Shown: positions 18,250 to 29,081 of the stretch, piece after piece
Layout: each line of letters opens with the position of its first letter
Position numbering within the stretch: the stretch's first letter is position 1
Source: an uncultured Planctomycetales bacterium
Lineage (GTDB): Bacteria > Planctomycetota > SBBH01
Reading direction: 5' to 3'
NCBI GenBank assembly: GCA_964455625.1
Contig: CAYVXZ010000002.1
Coordinates: forward strand, 60,949 to 124,948
DNA length: 64,000 bases
Program-made: the position numbers and the translations under genes
Notes under the pieces: model-generated
Database searches by the model: none
Told to the model about the DNA's origin: nothing
The model's input: only the letters and a program-made list of their open reading frames with translations

Positions 18250-19203
18250 TCAGGAAGCGGGCGCGGGGACGGGCGATGTCGATGAGGCCTTTCCCGCCCA
18301 GACGTTCGCCCCGATGACGAGCGCGCCCCCCAGGAGGATCGGGGCGGTCAGGATCTCGCCGAAGAAGGCGGCCGAGAAGGCGGCGGCGTAGATGGGTTCC
18401 GTGGCGTAGACGATCGCCGCGTGCGTGGGGTCGAGCGCCTTCTGGAACCGGTTCATGGCGAGAAGCGGGATCGACGAGGCCACCAGTCCCAGGAAGAGGA
18501 CGGGAAGGAGCGCAGCGGGGGATCCGGCGAGCGCCGCGAGCGCCGCGGGGGAGAGCGCCGCCCGTCCCCCCGGGGTCGCCAGGGCCGCCGCCAGGAGGAT
18601 CCCTCCGATCACGACCGACGCCGCGGCGGTGATCGCCCCGGCGTCATGGCGCGTCGAGAACCGGTCGATCACCACGATCTGGATCCCGTACATCACGCCG
18701 CATCCGATGGTCAGAAGCTCTCCGGCGCCGAACGCCGGATCGGTCGGGGGATTCATGACCCAGAGGCCGGCGAGCGCCAGCCCCACGCACGGGAGGAGCG
18801 CCTTCGGCCAGGCGCGCCGGAAGAGGAGCCACGCCGCGATCGGTGTCGCCGGGACGTAGAGACTCGTGAAGAAGGCGGAGATCGACGGGGAGACCGAGAC
18901 GAGCCCGAGGGTCTGGAGGAGGTGCCCCGCCGCCCCACACAACCCGATCCAGAAGGCGCCCTTCCAGAGCGCCGCGTCCGCGAGACGCGCGAATGCCCCC
19001 GGCGAGACCACCAGCACCGCCGGGATCGCCAGGAGGAAGCGGATCGCCAGGAACCCGGTTCCGATCTCCTCCGTGGGGAGGGACGTCGCCGCCGCGACGC
19101 CGTCGAGCCCTATCTTGATGAGGAAGAAGGTGCTTCCCCACAGGATGTTGACGCCCGTGAGGGCGAGGATCGCCTTTTTCCGGTCGGTCACGAGGAAGGA
19201 CAA
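18250..19203 (-). CDS. EamA/DMT-family transporter
   Basis: 317 aa, about 10 TM segments in two halves typical of the drug/metabolite transporter superfamily. Confidence 0.7.
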   Translation of the reverse strand: MSFLVTDRKKAILALTGVNILWGSTFFLIKIGLDGVAAATSLPTEEIGTGFLAIRFLLAIPAVLVVSPGAFARLADAALWKGAFWIGLCGAAGHLLQTLGLVSVSPSISAFFTSLYVPATPIAAWLLFRRAWPKALLPCVGLALAGLWVMNPPTDPAFGAGELLTIGCGVMYGIQIVVIDRFSTRHDAGAITAAASVVIGGILLAAALATPGGRAALSPAALAALAGSPAALLPVLFLGLVASSIPLLAMNRFQKALDPTHAAIVYATEPIYAAAFSAAFFGEILTAPILLGGALVIGANVWAGKASSTSPVPAPAS

Positions 19204-19250
19204 TAGGGGGAAGTCCGCCGGTCCACCAGCCCCGCCGGTATGATCGCGGA

Positions 19251-20018
19251 ATGTCCCGGAAGGCGGCGCTCGACGCGCTGGAAAGGAAGATCGTCGCCTG
19301 CGCGCGCTGCCCGCGCCTGCGGGCGTACTGCCGGAAGGTCGCGCGGGAAAGGAAGCCCCAGTTCGCGCGCGACGCGTACTGGGGGAGGCCGGTCCCCGGT
19401 TTCGGAGACCCGCGGGCCCGGATCCTCGTCGTGGGCCTGGCCCCCGCCGCGCACGGCGCGAACCGCACCGGACGGATGTTCACCGGGGACGGGACGGACG
19501 GCATGGGATCGTCCGATTTTTTGGCCCGTGCCCTTCACGCGACGGGTCTGGCGTCGCGGCCGACCTCGCGGCATCGGGGAGACGGGTTCCGCCTTTCGGG
19601 CGTCTGGCTGACAGCGATCGCCCGGTGCGCGCCGCCCGGCAACAAGCCGGCGCCGCGCGAGGTCGAGAACTGCGCGTCCTGGCTGGAGCGGGAGATGGTC
19701 CTTCTCGCGGACGTCCGCGTGGTCGTGGCGCTCGGAAAACTGGCGTTTGACCGGATCCTGAAGATGATTCTCCCCTCATCCGCGCCGGGTCGCGCGCGTC
19801 GGATTCCCTCTCCCCCCGGGGGGGGAGAGGGGAGGGTGAGGGGGTGCGTGTTCGCGCACGGCGTGCGGGTGGATCTTGCGGATGGCCGCGTGCTGATCGG
19901 TTCCTACCATCCCAGCCGCCAGAACACGCAGACGGGAAGGCTGACGCCGGCGATGCTCGCGCGGGTGTTCCGCCAGGTGCGCCGGGCGGCGCATATCAGC
20001 CCCCATAAAATGAAATAA
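19251..20018 (+). CDS. uracil-DNA glycosylase, family 4, with an in-frame low-complexity insertion
   Basis: CARCPRL Fe-S-type motif. VPGFGDPRARILVVGLAPAAHGANRTGRMFTGD and HPS..N motifs of family 4 UDG. Extra SSAPGRARRIPSPPGGGEGRVRG segment at about 19790-19850. Confidence 0.75.
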   Translation: MSRKAALDALERKIVACARCPRLRAYCRKVARERKPQFARDAYWGRPVPGFGDPRARILVVGLAPAAHGANRTGRMFTGDGTDGMGSSDFLARALHATGLASRPTSRHRGDGFRLSGVWLTAIARCAPPGNKPAPREVENCASWLEREMVLLADVRVVVALGKLAFDRILKMILPSSAPGRARRIPSPPGGGEGRVRGCVFAHGVRVDLADGRVLIGSYHPSRQNTQTGRLTPAMLARVFRQVRRAAHISPHKMK

Positions 20019-20083
20019 TCGCCCCATTCCCCCGGACCGGCCGCGTTTGCGGTTCCGGGCAGGGGGGGTAGGATGACCGGGAT

Positions 20084-23000
20084 ATGCCGGAACGCGCCCG
20101 CCGGGGGGTCGTGCTGGTGCTGGTCACCGGATTGGTCGTCATGATCGGCATGGCCGGGACGGTCCTTCTCCAGGTATCCGCCTTTTCGCGGATCCGGGTG
20201 AAATCGGCCGTCCTGTCCGCGGAGGCGCGCCTCGCCGCCGGAGCAGGACTCGAATACGCCGTCGGGAGACTCTGGCGGGATTCCCTGGCGATCTCTGATC
20301 GCGGTCTCGCCATGACGGCCGCGAACCGCCGGGACGACTGGACCTCGCGCGGGAACGCCTCTCCGGCGACGCCCCCGTCCCGGCTTCACAACCCGTCGTA
20401 TGCGCGGGGTGAGCCCTGGATCGACGTGGCCCCGGGGGACGGGATCTACGCGCCGGGAACGGACGGCCCCTCCCCGGGGGGGGATCTGGACGGCGACGGG
20501 CATCTGGACGTCGCGAGCGGCCGGTTGCGCGGCTCACCCTCGAGCCTGTTCTTCCTCCGGATCCGGCCGGCCGGCGCCGGCGTCTGCATCAACAGCGGGG
20601 AGCTGGGGGCCCTGACGGGGGACCATGACCTCGACGGTGTCCTGAATGCGGACGATACCTCGGCATCCGCCACGAGCGGTCCTTACCGGACCGACCTCGA
20701 CGGCGCGTACGGGGATCATGACGGGGACGGCCTGGCGAACGGCGACGATCCCGATTTCCCGGGCCCCTTGGGGAACGGCGTCCCGGACTGGCGCGACCCG
20801 GCGTTCATCGGGAACCGGCATCTGGTGAACCTCCTCGACAACCTGGGGGCGATCCTGGACCTCTCCGTCAAGCAGACGGGTGTTCCCTACAGCGCGCTTC
20901 CCGGCCACGGGGCGCTCGGGACGGTCGAGACCTCCACGCTGGGGATCCTCGTGGTGGCGAACCGCCCGCGCGGTGGGTACGGCGCGGTGGAGGACCTGAA
21001 GCCGTTCCTGTCTCCGGCCGACCATGCGCGGGTCGCGCCGTTCCTCTGCACGCAGGCGCGGATCGTTCCGGTCCCGTTCCCGGTCGACGAGCCGTGGAAC
21101 AAGGACAGCGGCTACGCCAGGCTGATCGCCTCCCCCGAATCGCGCCACGAGTTCCACGCCCTCGTCGATTTCAACGGCGCGCCGGAGGAGGTGCTGGCCG
21201 CCACCCTGCGGCACCTCTGCGCCTCCGGGTCGTCTGACGGGATGATCACCTTCGTCGATCCGGCGCCCCCCACCACGCAGTTCATCCGGATCGGCGGGGC
21301 GGAGGGGGACGCGATCGCGAACAGGCTGGCCCAGGCGCGTCCCTTGCATGCCTGGAAGGATTTTTTGACGGCGTTGCATGTCTCGGCAGCGTCCGCCTTC
21401 GAGGACGATCCTTTCACCCGGACCACCGCGGGCGGGCTCCCGGTGGACGAGGGGACCGACCCGGCCCTGAAGCGCCGCAAGGAGGACCTGATCCTCGCGC
21501 AGGCGATGCCCGGGGGGTATTTCGCCGATCCGCACGCGTGGCGCGCCAATTCGCTCGAGGTCCCGCGCGAGGCGGCGTTTCCCCCTGTCGGGATCGACGC
21601 GACCGACCCGCGGCGCCTCTCCAAGGAATACATGGCCGGTCCGGTGAACACCTTCCCGTTCGACGGGGCGGGGAACGGGATCCTGGACCTGTGGAACGGC
21701 CTCCAGGACCTGCCGGCCCGGATCACGACGGAGTATTCGCTCGCCCCCTGTCGTGAGGCGTTCCGGGTCGAGTCGGAGGGGAGCGCCGGGGAAGGGCGCG
21801 CCCTGGCGTCGGCGGACGGGGAGATCTCCCTGGCCGCCGGATCCCTCGAGCTTTCCGGACAGCAGGTCTTCGAGATGCGTTCCACGGTGGAGCGTCCGGT
21901 CTCGCCGGCCTTTCCCTGGCGCCTGTCCGGCGGCCACGCGCGCGTCGAGGCGGCGGCTCCCGGAGGGGCGGGCGCCTGCACCGTCCCGAAGTCCGACATG
22001 GACTGCTACCACTACACCGGGTTCGGCGCCCCCCAGCCCTGGATGGTCCGGAACGACCGGTACCCGCGCGCGACGGGCGGCGTGACCCTCGAGCCGGTGC
22101 GACTCCCGAAGGACGCGCTCTCGGTCGATCCCCTGACGGGAAACGCCTGCCTTTTCGGCATCCCGTTCAATCCGGACCGTTTCTCGGTGCCCGGCGTCCC
22201 CGAGGCGGGGACCTGGTACGCCACTCCGAACGTACGTCAATGGCAGGACAACCTGGGGGATCCGCTTCTCGATCCGGTGACGGGAAGCCGCCGGAGCCCC
22301 GACCCGACGGGATTTTTGAGCCTGGTCAGTCCGGCCACGACATCGCTTCCGCCGCTCCTGCATACCGGGCTCTCGTTCGGCCCCTCGGGGCCGCGGTTCG
22401 ACCATTCCCCTGTCCTCTGCACGGGGTTCGTCTGGGACGGCGTGACGAACGTCCTGCCGCCGACCCTGGTGTCCCCCGCCGGCCGCCTCCGCGACGTCAC
22501 CGTCGCGTTCTGGTACCCCGCCGGCCGCCAGGAGACGCTGGGAGGACAGGGGGGGACACCGCTTGCCACCAAGGTCGCCCTGCAATACCTGAACGCCGGA
22601 TTCTTCTCGGACATCCTCCTGGTTGACCTGGCGAACGAGGGGCCGAAGGTCTCCGGGCTCCTGCCGCCCCAGTATCCTGCCGTCTGGTGGCTGGCGGATC
22701 CCGCCCTCGCGCAGGCCGGATGGCACCACATCGCCTTCACCTTCGACGCGGCGGGAGACAACGTTTCCTTGAGGGTGGAGGGGGTGGACGCCGGCACCTT
22801 CGCGGTTTCCGCTCCGGGATCGGTGCCGTCTGTCTTCCGGCTGGCGATGACAGGACCGGTCGACGACCTGCGCGTCTTCCACCCGGGGCTTTCGGGCCCC
22901 GCGATCGAGGCGCTGACGCGGGAACCCCGATATCCCCTGTCCGGGAACTTCACGACGCCGCGGTTCCGCCTGGATCCCGTCCGGTTCCCGTCGGGAGTGG

Positions 23001-23341
23001 CCGTCCGGGGACTCTCCTGGGACGGGTTCATCCCCGCGCAGACCGGGGGGACCTTTTCGTTCACCGTGAGCGGGTATGACGCTTCCGGGGCCCTGATCGG
23101 GACGACGCCGGCGACCCCGCCATGGGGAGGCGGCACTCCCCCCCTGGCGCCGGCGAGCCTCGCCGGATGCTCCGCGATCGAGGCGACGCTTTTCCTGCAG
23201 GCCGCTCCGGCGATGCTCCCCCTGAATCCGCCCGGGCCGGGCGGCGGCGGGGTGCCGGTCCTGCGCGACACGCCCGAGATCCGGTCGGTGACCCTGTTCT
23301 ACGGCGACCGGCCCCGCTGGTCGTCGCTATCGTTCCGCTGA
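20084..23341 (+). CDS. giant secreted protein with PilX_N-like (type IV pilus minor-pilin-associated) N-terminal domain, paralog A
   Basis: 1085 aa. N-terminus RRGVVLVLVTGLVVMIGMAGTVLLQVS matches the PilX N-terminal hydrophobic helix. Shares NPSYARGEPW, VNLLDxLGAxL and ARPRGGYxxVEDLKPxL blocks with the 29082..32432 paralog. Asp/Gly-rich DxDGDG repeats. Confidence 0.6.
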   Translation: MPERARRGVVLVLVTGLVVMIGMAGTVLLQVSAFSRIRVKSAVLSAEARLAAGAGLEYAVGRLWRDSLAISDRGLAMTAANRRDDWTSRGNASPATPPSRLHNPSYARGEPWIDVAPGDGIYAPGTDGPSPGGDLDGDGHLDVASGRLRGSPSSLFFLRIRPAGAGVCINSGELGALTGDHDLDGVLNADDTSASATSGPYRTDLDGAYGDHDGDGLANGDDPDFPGPLGNGVPDWRDPAFIGNRHLVNLLDNLGAILDLSVKQTGVPYSALPGHGALGTVETSTLGILVVANRPRGGYGAVEDLKPFLSPADHARVAPFLCTQARIVPVPFPVDEPWNKDSGYARLIASPESRHEFHALVDFNGAPEEVLAATLRHLCASGSSDGMITFVDPAPPTTQFIRIGGAEGDAIANRLAQARPLHAWKDFLTALHVSAASAFEDDPFTRTTAGGLPVDEGTDPALKRRKEDLILAQAMPGGYFADPHAWRANSLEVPREAAFPPVGIDATDPRRLSKEYMAGPVNTFPFDGAGNGILDLWNGLQDLPARITTEYSLAPCREAFRVESEGSAGEGRALASADGEISLAAGSLELSGQQVFEMRSTVERPVSPAFPWRLSGGHARVEAAAPGGAGACTVPKSDMDCYHYTGFGAPQPWMVRNDRYPRATGGVTLEPVRLPKDALSVDPLTGNACLFGIPFNPDRFSVPGVPEAGTWYATPNVRQWQDNLGDPLLDPVTGSRRSPDPTGFLSLVSPATTSLPPLLHTGLSFGPSGPRFDHSPVLCTGFVWDGVTNVLPPTLVSPAGRLRDVTVAFWYPAGRQETLGGQGGTPLATKVALQYLNAGFFSDILLVDLANEGPKVSGLLPPQYPAVWWLADPALAQAGWHHIAFTFDAAGDNVSLRVEGVDAGTFAVSAPGSVPSVFRLAMTGPVDDLRVFHPGLSGPAIEALTREPRYPLSGNFTTPRFRLDPVRFPSGVAVRGLSWDGFIPAQTGGTFSFTVSGYDASGALIGTTPATPPWGGGTPPLAPASLAGCSAIEATLFLQAAPAMLPLNPPGPGGGGVPVLRDTPEIRSVTLFYGDRPRWSSLSFR

Positions 23342-24511
23342 AGCGTTTCGCGCGCCTGCCGGAAGTCCGGCGAGGGGGTCCGCGAGCCGTCCGGCCAGCT
23401 TCCCGAACGTCCCGCCGAAGCGCGCCAGGAGCGCCGCCCCGTCTCCCGCGGAAGCGGGGGACGAGACCGTTTCCAGCACCACCCGCACGCACCCCAGATA
23501 GTCGGCCAGGTGGATCCGCTCGGGGGCGATCCGGCCCCGCGGGCTCATGTTGTGGTAGTTGATCAGGGGAAGCGCCATCGCGCCGGAGCGAAATCCCGAG
23601 AGGGTGAAGGCGCTCGCCTCGCATCCGCCCCCCGTCATGAGGGCGCGCTGGAACCTGAATTTCCTGTCGCGTGCGGAAATGCGCTCCGCCGCCGACGTGA
23701 GCGCGAGCGTGATCTCCGGGTCGAACGTCATGATCCGGTCGCCGGTCCGCACGATCGGCCCCGCGCCGGCCGCCACGCCCGGGACGCGGCAGGAGCTCGC
23801 CTCCACGTTGACGATCCGGGCGTTTCGCGGGATCAATCCCGACCGGACCGCGCCCAGGGCCCCGATGAATCCCGCCTCCTCGCCGCGCGTGAGGAGCGCC
23901 ATCACCGTCGCGGAAGACCGCGCGCGCGCCGCGGCCGAGACCACGGAGGCGGCGACGGCGCATCCGGCCAGGTCGTCGATCGATTTCGACGAGACGATCC
24001 CGCCGTCGAGGGAATACGGGACCAGGTCCCACGAGCCGAAATCCCCCCGGGAAACGGGGCGGGGAAGGTCGAGCCGCATCGTCGTCACGCGTTTCGTCTG
24101 CGGGTCGAGCGCGATTCCCGTCACGCGCCCCCGGACCTGGCCGTCCGGCGTGTAGACGACGACGCGGGCGTCCCGGAAGAAGTCGGGCCGGACCCCGCCC
24201 GTCCACTGGGCGCTCGCTTTCCATCGGGCGCTCGCTTGCGCTCGCTTGGCGCCGGTGGTTTTGCGGGCAGGTGTGCAGTCGAGGATCGTGAATCCCGGAT
24301 GGTCCAGGTGCCCGGTCACGACCCACGGCCTGCCGCGCCCCGTCCCCTTCCAGGTGACCAGGAGATTGCCGTGTGCGTCCCGCTTCAGGCGGAGGCGGCG
24401 CGCGCGTGAAAACGCCTCGACCTTCGCCATGAGCCGGTGCTCGTGGAAGGGGGCGGTGGGTGTCGCGATGAAGTCGGCGAGGATCCGGGAGGCTTCCTGG
24501 ACGTCCATCAT
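23327..24511 (-). CDS. M42-type (FrvX-like) metallo-aminopeptidase
   Basis: Trimmed from the 1070-aa GC-artifact ORF to ATG at 24511 (MMDVQEAS). VVTGHLDHPGF, DDLAGCAVAASVV and TRGEEAGFIGA resemble the M42/M20 metal-binding blocks. Confidence 0.6.
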   Translation of the reverse strand: MMDVQEASRILADFIATPTAPFHEHRLMAKVEAFSRARRLRLKRDAHGNLLVTWKGTGRGRPWVVTGHLDHPGFTILDCTPARKTTGAKRAQASARWKASAQWTGGVRPDFFRDARVVVYTPDGQVRGRVTGIALDPQTKRVTTMRLDLPRPVSRGDFGSWDLVPYSLDGGIVSSKSIDDLAGCAVAASVVSAAARARSSATVMALLTRGEEAGFIGALGAVRSGLIPRNARIVNVEASSCRVPGVAAGAGPIVRTGDRIMTFDPEITLALTSAAERISARDRKFRFQRALMTGGGCEASAFTLSGFRSGAMALPLINYHNMSPRGRIAPERIHLADYLGCVRVVLETVSSPASAGDGAALLARFGGTFGKLAGRLADPLAGLPAGARNASAER

Positions 24512-24531
24512 GAACGGGGCAGGGTATCGGA

Positions 24532-26757
<2,226 letters not shown>

Positions 26758-26807
26758 GACCAGATGGTGCGGGACGTAGCGAGATCATTCAATGAATTTT
26801 GAATGGA

Positions 26808-26846
26808 CAGGAAATGAAAACCCCCGGCGCCGAGCGGCGCCGGGGG
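26808..26846 (-). terminator. rho-independent terminator (minus strand)
   Basis: CCCCCGGCGCC-gagc-GGCGCCGGGGG perfect 11-bp stem. On the minus strand it is followed by UUUUCAUUUC. About 50 bp downstream of the serpin-like gene stop. Confidence 0.6.
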
Positions 26847-26899
26847 AGGGATTCCCGCGCGCGGGAGCCTGTCGGCTCGACTTGTCCCTGCCGCTCTCC

Positions 26900-28003
26900 T
26901 TATCTTTTCTCGATCGGCGCGAGAAGATCGGCGTTGTCGACCCACAGGGCGAAATACGGCCGCTTCGCGTCGGCGTGCCGGATCATCACCAGGAACGGCT
27001 TGTCGAAGATCAGGTCCCGGCCCATGCCCTGGAGGATGAGCACTGCCTCTGACTTCAAGAGCGCTCCGCTCTCGTCCAGGCGAAAGCGGATCTTCTGCAG
27101 GGCGGTGTCGATGGTCATGCCGCCGAGAGGGCCTTTCCCGGCGCGAAGCGGCCTTCCGGTCAGTTCCGCGTAGTCGCGGAGGATGTCGAAATCCAGCACC
27201 GGTACGGCCAGCGTGCCGGATTCGGCCATCGCTACCGGTTTCGCCTCCTCCACGCGCTTCAGGACCGATTCGACGGTCTCCCGCAGCGTCGCCCGCGGGG
27301 GGACCTTCGCGAGGAAGAGGCGGTGCGCCTCGCGTTGCGTCTCCAGCTCGACGATGAAGTCGCCATCGTTCCGGCGGTCGAAGACGCGGACCTGCCGGGC
27401 GGCCCTGGCCTCGGTCTCCTGTTCTACCAGGTACTGGTAGATGCCGAACGATTCCACGTCCGCGCCCGCGAAACCGAGTGTCATCTCGTCGCGAAGGCGC
27501 GTGAAGGGGGACGCGAACGGCAGGTCAGCCAAGAGAGAGGAGTAGGCGATCACGCCGTTCCCGGCCGGACTTTCGCCGGACAACAGTTCGGGCGCCTCGG
27601 TTTCGCCGAATCGGGCTTCCAGCCGATTCCGGATCCGTCCAAGGATCCCGTCCCGGCCGAGTCCCGCCATCGAGACATGCGTCGCGTCGTCCAGGTCGTC
27701 CCGCGTCGCCCCCTTCCGGTTGAGGGCTCCGACCATGGGGTCCTCGTTCTCCATCAGGACCTCCCCTTGGGCCAAGTCGCACAGCTCGTTCCAGGCCACC
27801 TGGAACGAGGCGCACCAGAGGACGTTGGTGCCCGGGGCGATCGGCTGTTCCAGGTGCGGCGTCACGACCGTGCTCTGGAGCCGTGCGGCGTCGCATTGGA
27901 GGCGCGCCTTTCCCCCGGTTTCGGCGCGCTGGCAACCGGAAAGGATCGCCATGGCGCAGGGGATGACCGATCGAATCGCGATCGAACGGAAGGAGGCGGG
28001 CAT
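26900..28003 (-). CDS. serpin-family lipoprotein (putative protease inhibitor)
   Basis: Lipoprotein signal with LSGC lipobox. C-terminal LIFDKPFLVMIRH fits the serpin signature pattern ([LIVMFY]-x-[LIVMFYAC]-[DNQ]-[RKHQS]-[PST]-F-[LIVMFY]-[LIVMFYC]-x-[LIVMFAH]). Length 367 aa. Confidence 0.6.
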   Translation of the reverse strand: MPASFRSIAIRSVIPCAMAILSGCQRAETGGKARLQCDAARLQSTVVTPHLEQPIAPGTNVLWCASFQVAWNELCDLAQGEVLMENEDPMVGALNRKGATRDDLDDATHVSMAGLGRDGILGRIRNRLEARFGETEAPELLSGESPAGNGVIAYSSLLADLPFASPFTRLRDEMTLGFAGADVESFGIYQYLVEQETEARAARQVRVFDRRNDGDFIVELETQREAHRLFLAKVPPRATLRETVESVLKRVEEAKPVAMAESGTLAVPVLDFDILRDYAELTGRPLRAGKGPLGGMTIDTALQKIRFRLDESGALLKSEAVLILQGMGRDLIFDKPFLVMIRHADAKRPYFALWVDNADLLAPIEKR

Positions 28004-28005
28004 TC

Positions 28006-28821
28006 CTATTTACCTCCGCGGCTTTTCCCTTTCCCGTCGCCGCGTCCCTTCCCTTCCTTGCTTCCCTTTTCCTTTCCGGCCTTGCGCTCCTGGTCGAGCT
28101 CGCGCTTCGCCTCCTTTTTCGTGAGGCTGCCGTCCCCGTCGCGATCGGCGCGGTCGAACCGTTTCTCGCCGCCGGCCCTCCGTTCGAGGGGGGTCGCCCC
28201 GTCGCGGGCTTCCTCCTTCGAGAGCAGGCCGTCATCCCCGGCGTGCCGCTCGAACCGGTCCTGGTCGTACCCGCTCGGGTCGGACGGGTCGACGTATCCC
28301 TGTCGCCACTTGCGTTCGGCCTGGTCCCGGCGGTTCGAGCCGTCCTGGTCCGGGTCGCCGGGCGGGGCGGCGGGGGGCAGGGGGAGGCCGGCCGCGGCGC
28401 CGCCTCCGGTCACGGCCGGGCCGCTCGCGGCCCGATGGTTCTTCACACGCTCGTGGATCTCGCGCCGGTGGGCGCGCTCCCACTTCAGGTAGTCGCGGGC
28501 CTCGCCCATCTCCAGGGCCCCGTCGGTCCCGGCCGCGCGGTTCCACCGCTCGCGCCCGCCCGTCTCCTCGCCGGCCAGATGCGCCGCGACCGCCTCGTCC
28601 CAGGTCAGTTTTCCGTCCCCGTTCCTGTCCGCGGCGGTGAACCGCTCCTTGTCGAGCTTCCCGTTCTCGCCGGTGTAGAGCTCCTGCCACCGCCCGACGA
28701 CCTTTTCCCGGGGTGTCCTTCCGTCGTCCGGCGTTCCGTCCGTCCCGTCGTTCCCCAGATCCGCACGGGCCGCCCCGCAGAGGAGTCCCGCCGCCGCCAT
28801 CCAGACCGGTATCCGTTTCAT
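28006..28821 (-). CDS. secreted EF-hand calcium-binding protein
   Basis: Signal peptide MKRIPVWMAAAGLLCGAARA. EF-hand loops DRNGDGKLTWDE, DRDGDGSLTKKE and DDGLLSKEE. Lys/Glu-rich tail. Confidence 0.6.
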   Translation of the reverse strand: MKRIPVWMAAAGLLCGAARADLGNDGTDGTPDDGRTPREKVVGRWQELYTGENGKLDKERFTAADRNGDGKLTWDEAVAAHLAGEETGGRERWNRAAGTDGALEMGEARDYLKWERAHRREIHERVKNHRAASGPAVTGGGAAAGLPLPPAAPPGDPDQDGSNRRDQAERKWRQGYVDPSDPSGYDQDRFERHAGDDGLLSKEEARDGATPLERRAGGEKRFDRADRDGDGSLTKKEAKRELDQERKAGKEKGSKEGKGRGDGKGKSRGGK

Positions 28822-29081
28822 GCGATCTCCTTTCGTCCAGTCGCCAGGCGCCCCGACGGGCGCTCGGGATCAGGAAGCGCAATCCCGGTGCCACGCGGGG
28901 AAGGAGGTGGGGCGACCCAGGATTCTCCTTAATGAGATGAGAATGAGCAGACAATGAGGCATCTTGTTGACTATTCGGACTTTCCGCCGGCCGGTCCCCG
29001 CACCGGACGACGCAACCCGTTCAAAACCGGTGCCGGAGGGGAATCCGCCGGGCGGGAACCCGTTTTGCGGTGCTTTCCGTC

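Noticed and set aside
20534-22882. 782-aa minus-strand ORF antisense to the giant PilX_N gene (similar cases: 28971..31499 -, 32689..35607 -, 36441..39680 -, 47309..49900 -, 60124..61719 -)
   Set aside because: All are long open frames created by stop-codon scarcity at high GC. The translations are R/G/P/A-rich without motifs. Each overlaps a gene with clear family signatures on the other strand.
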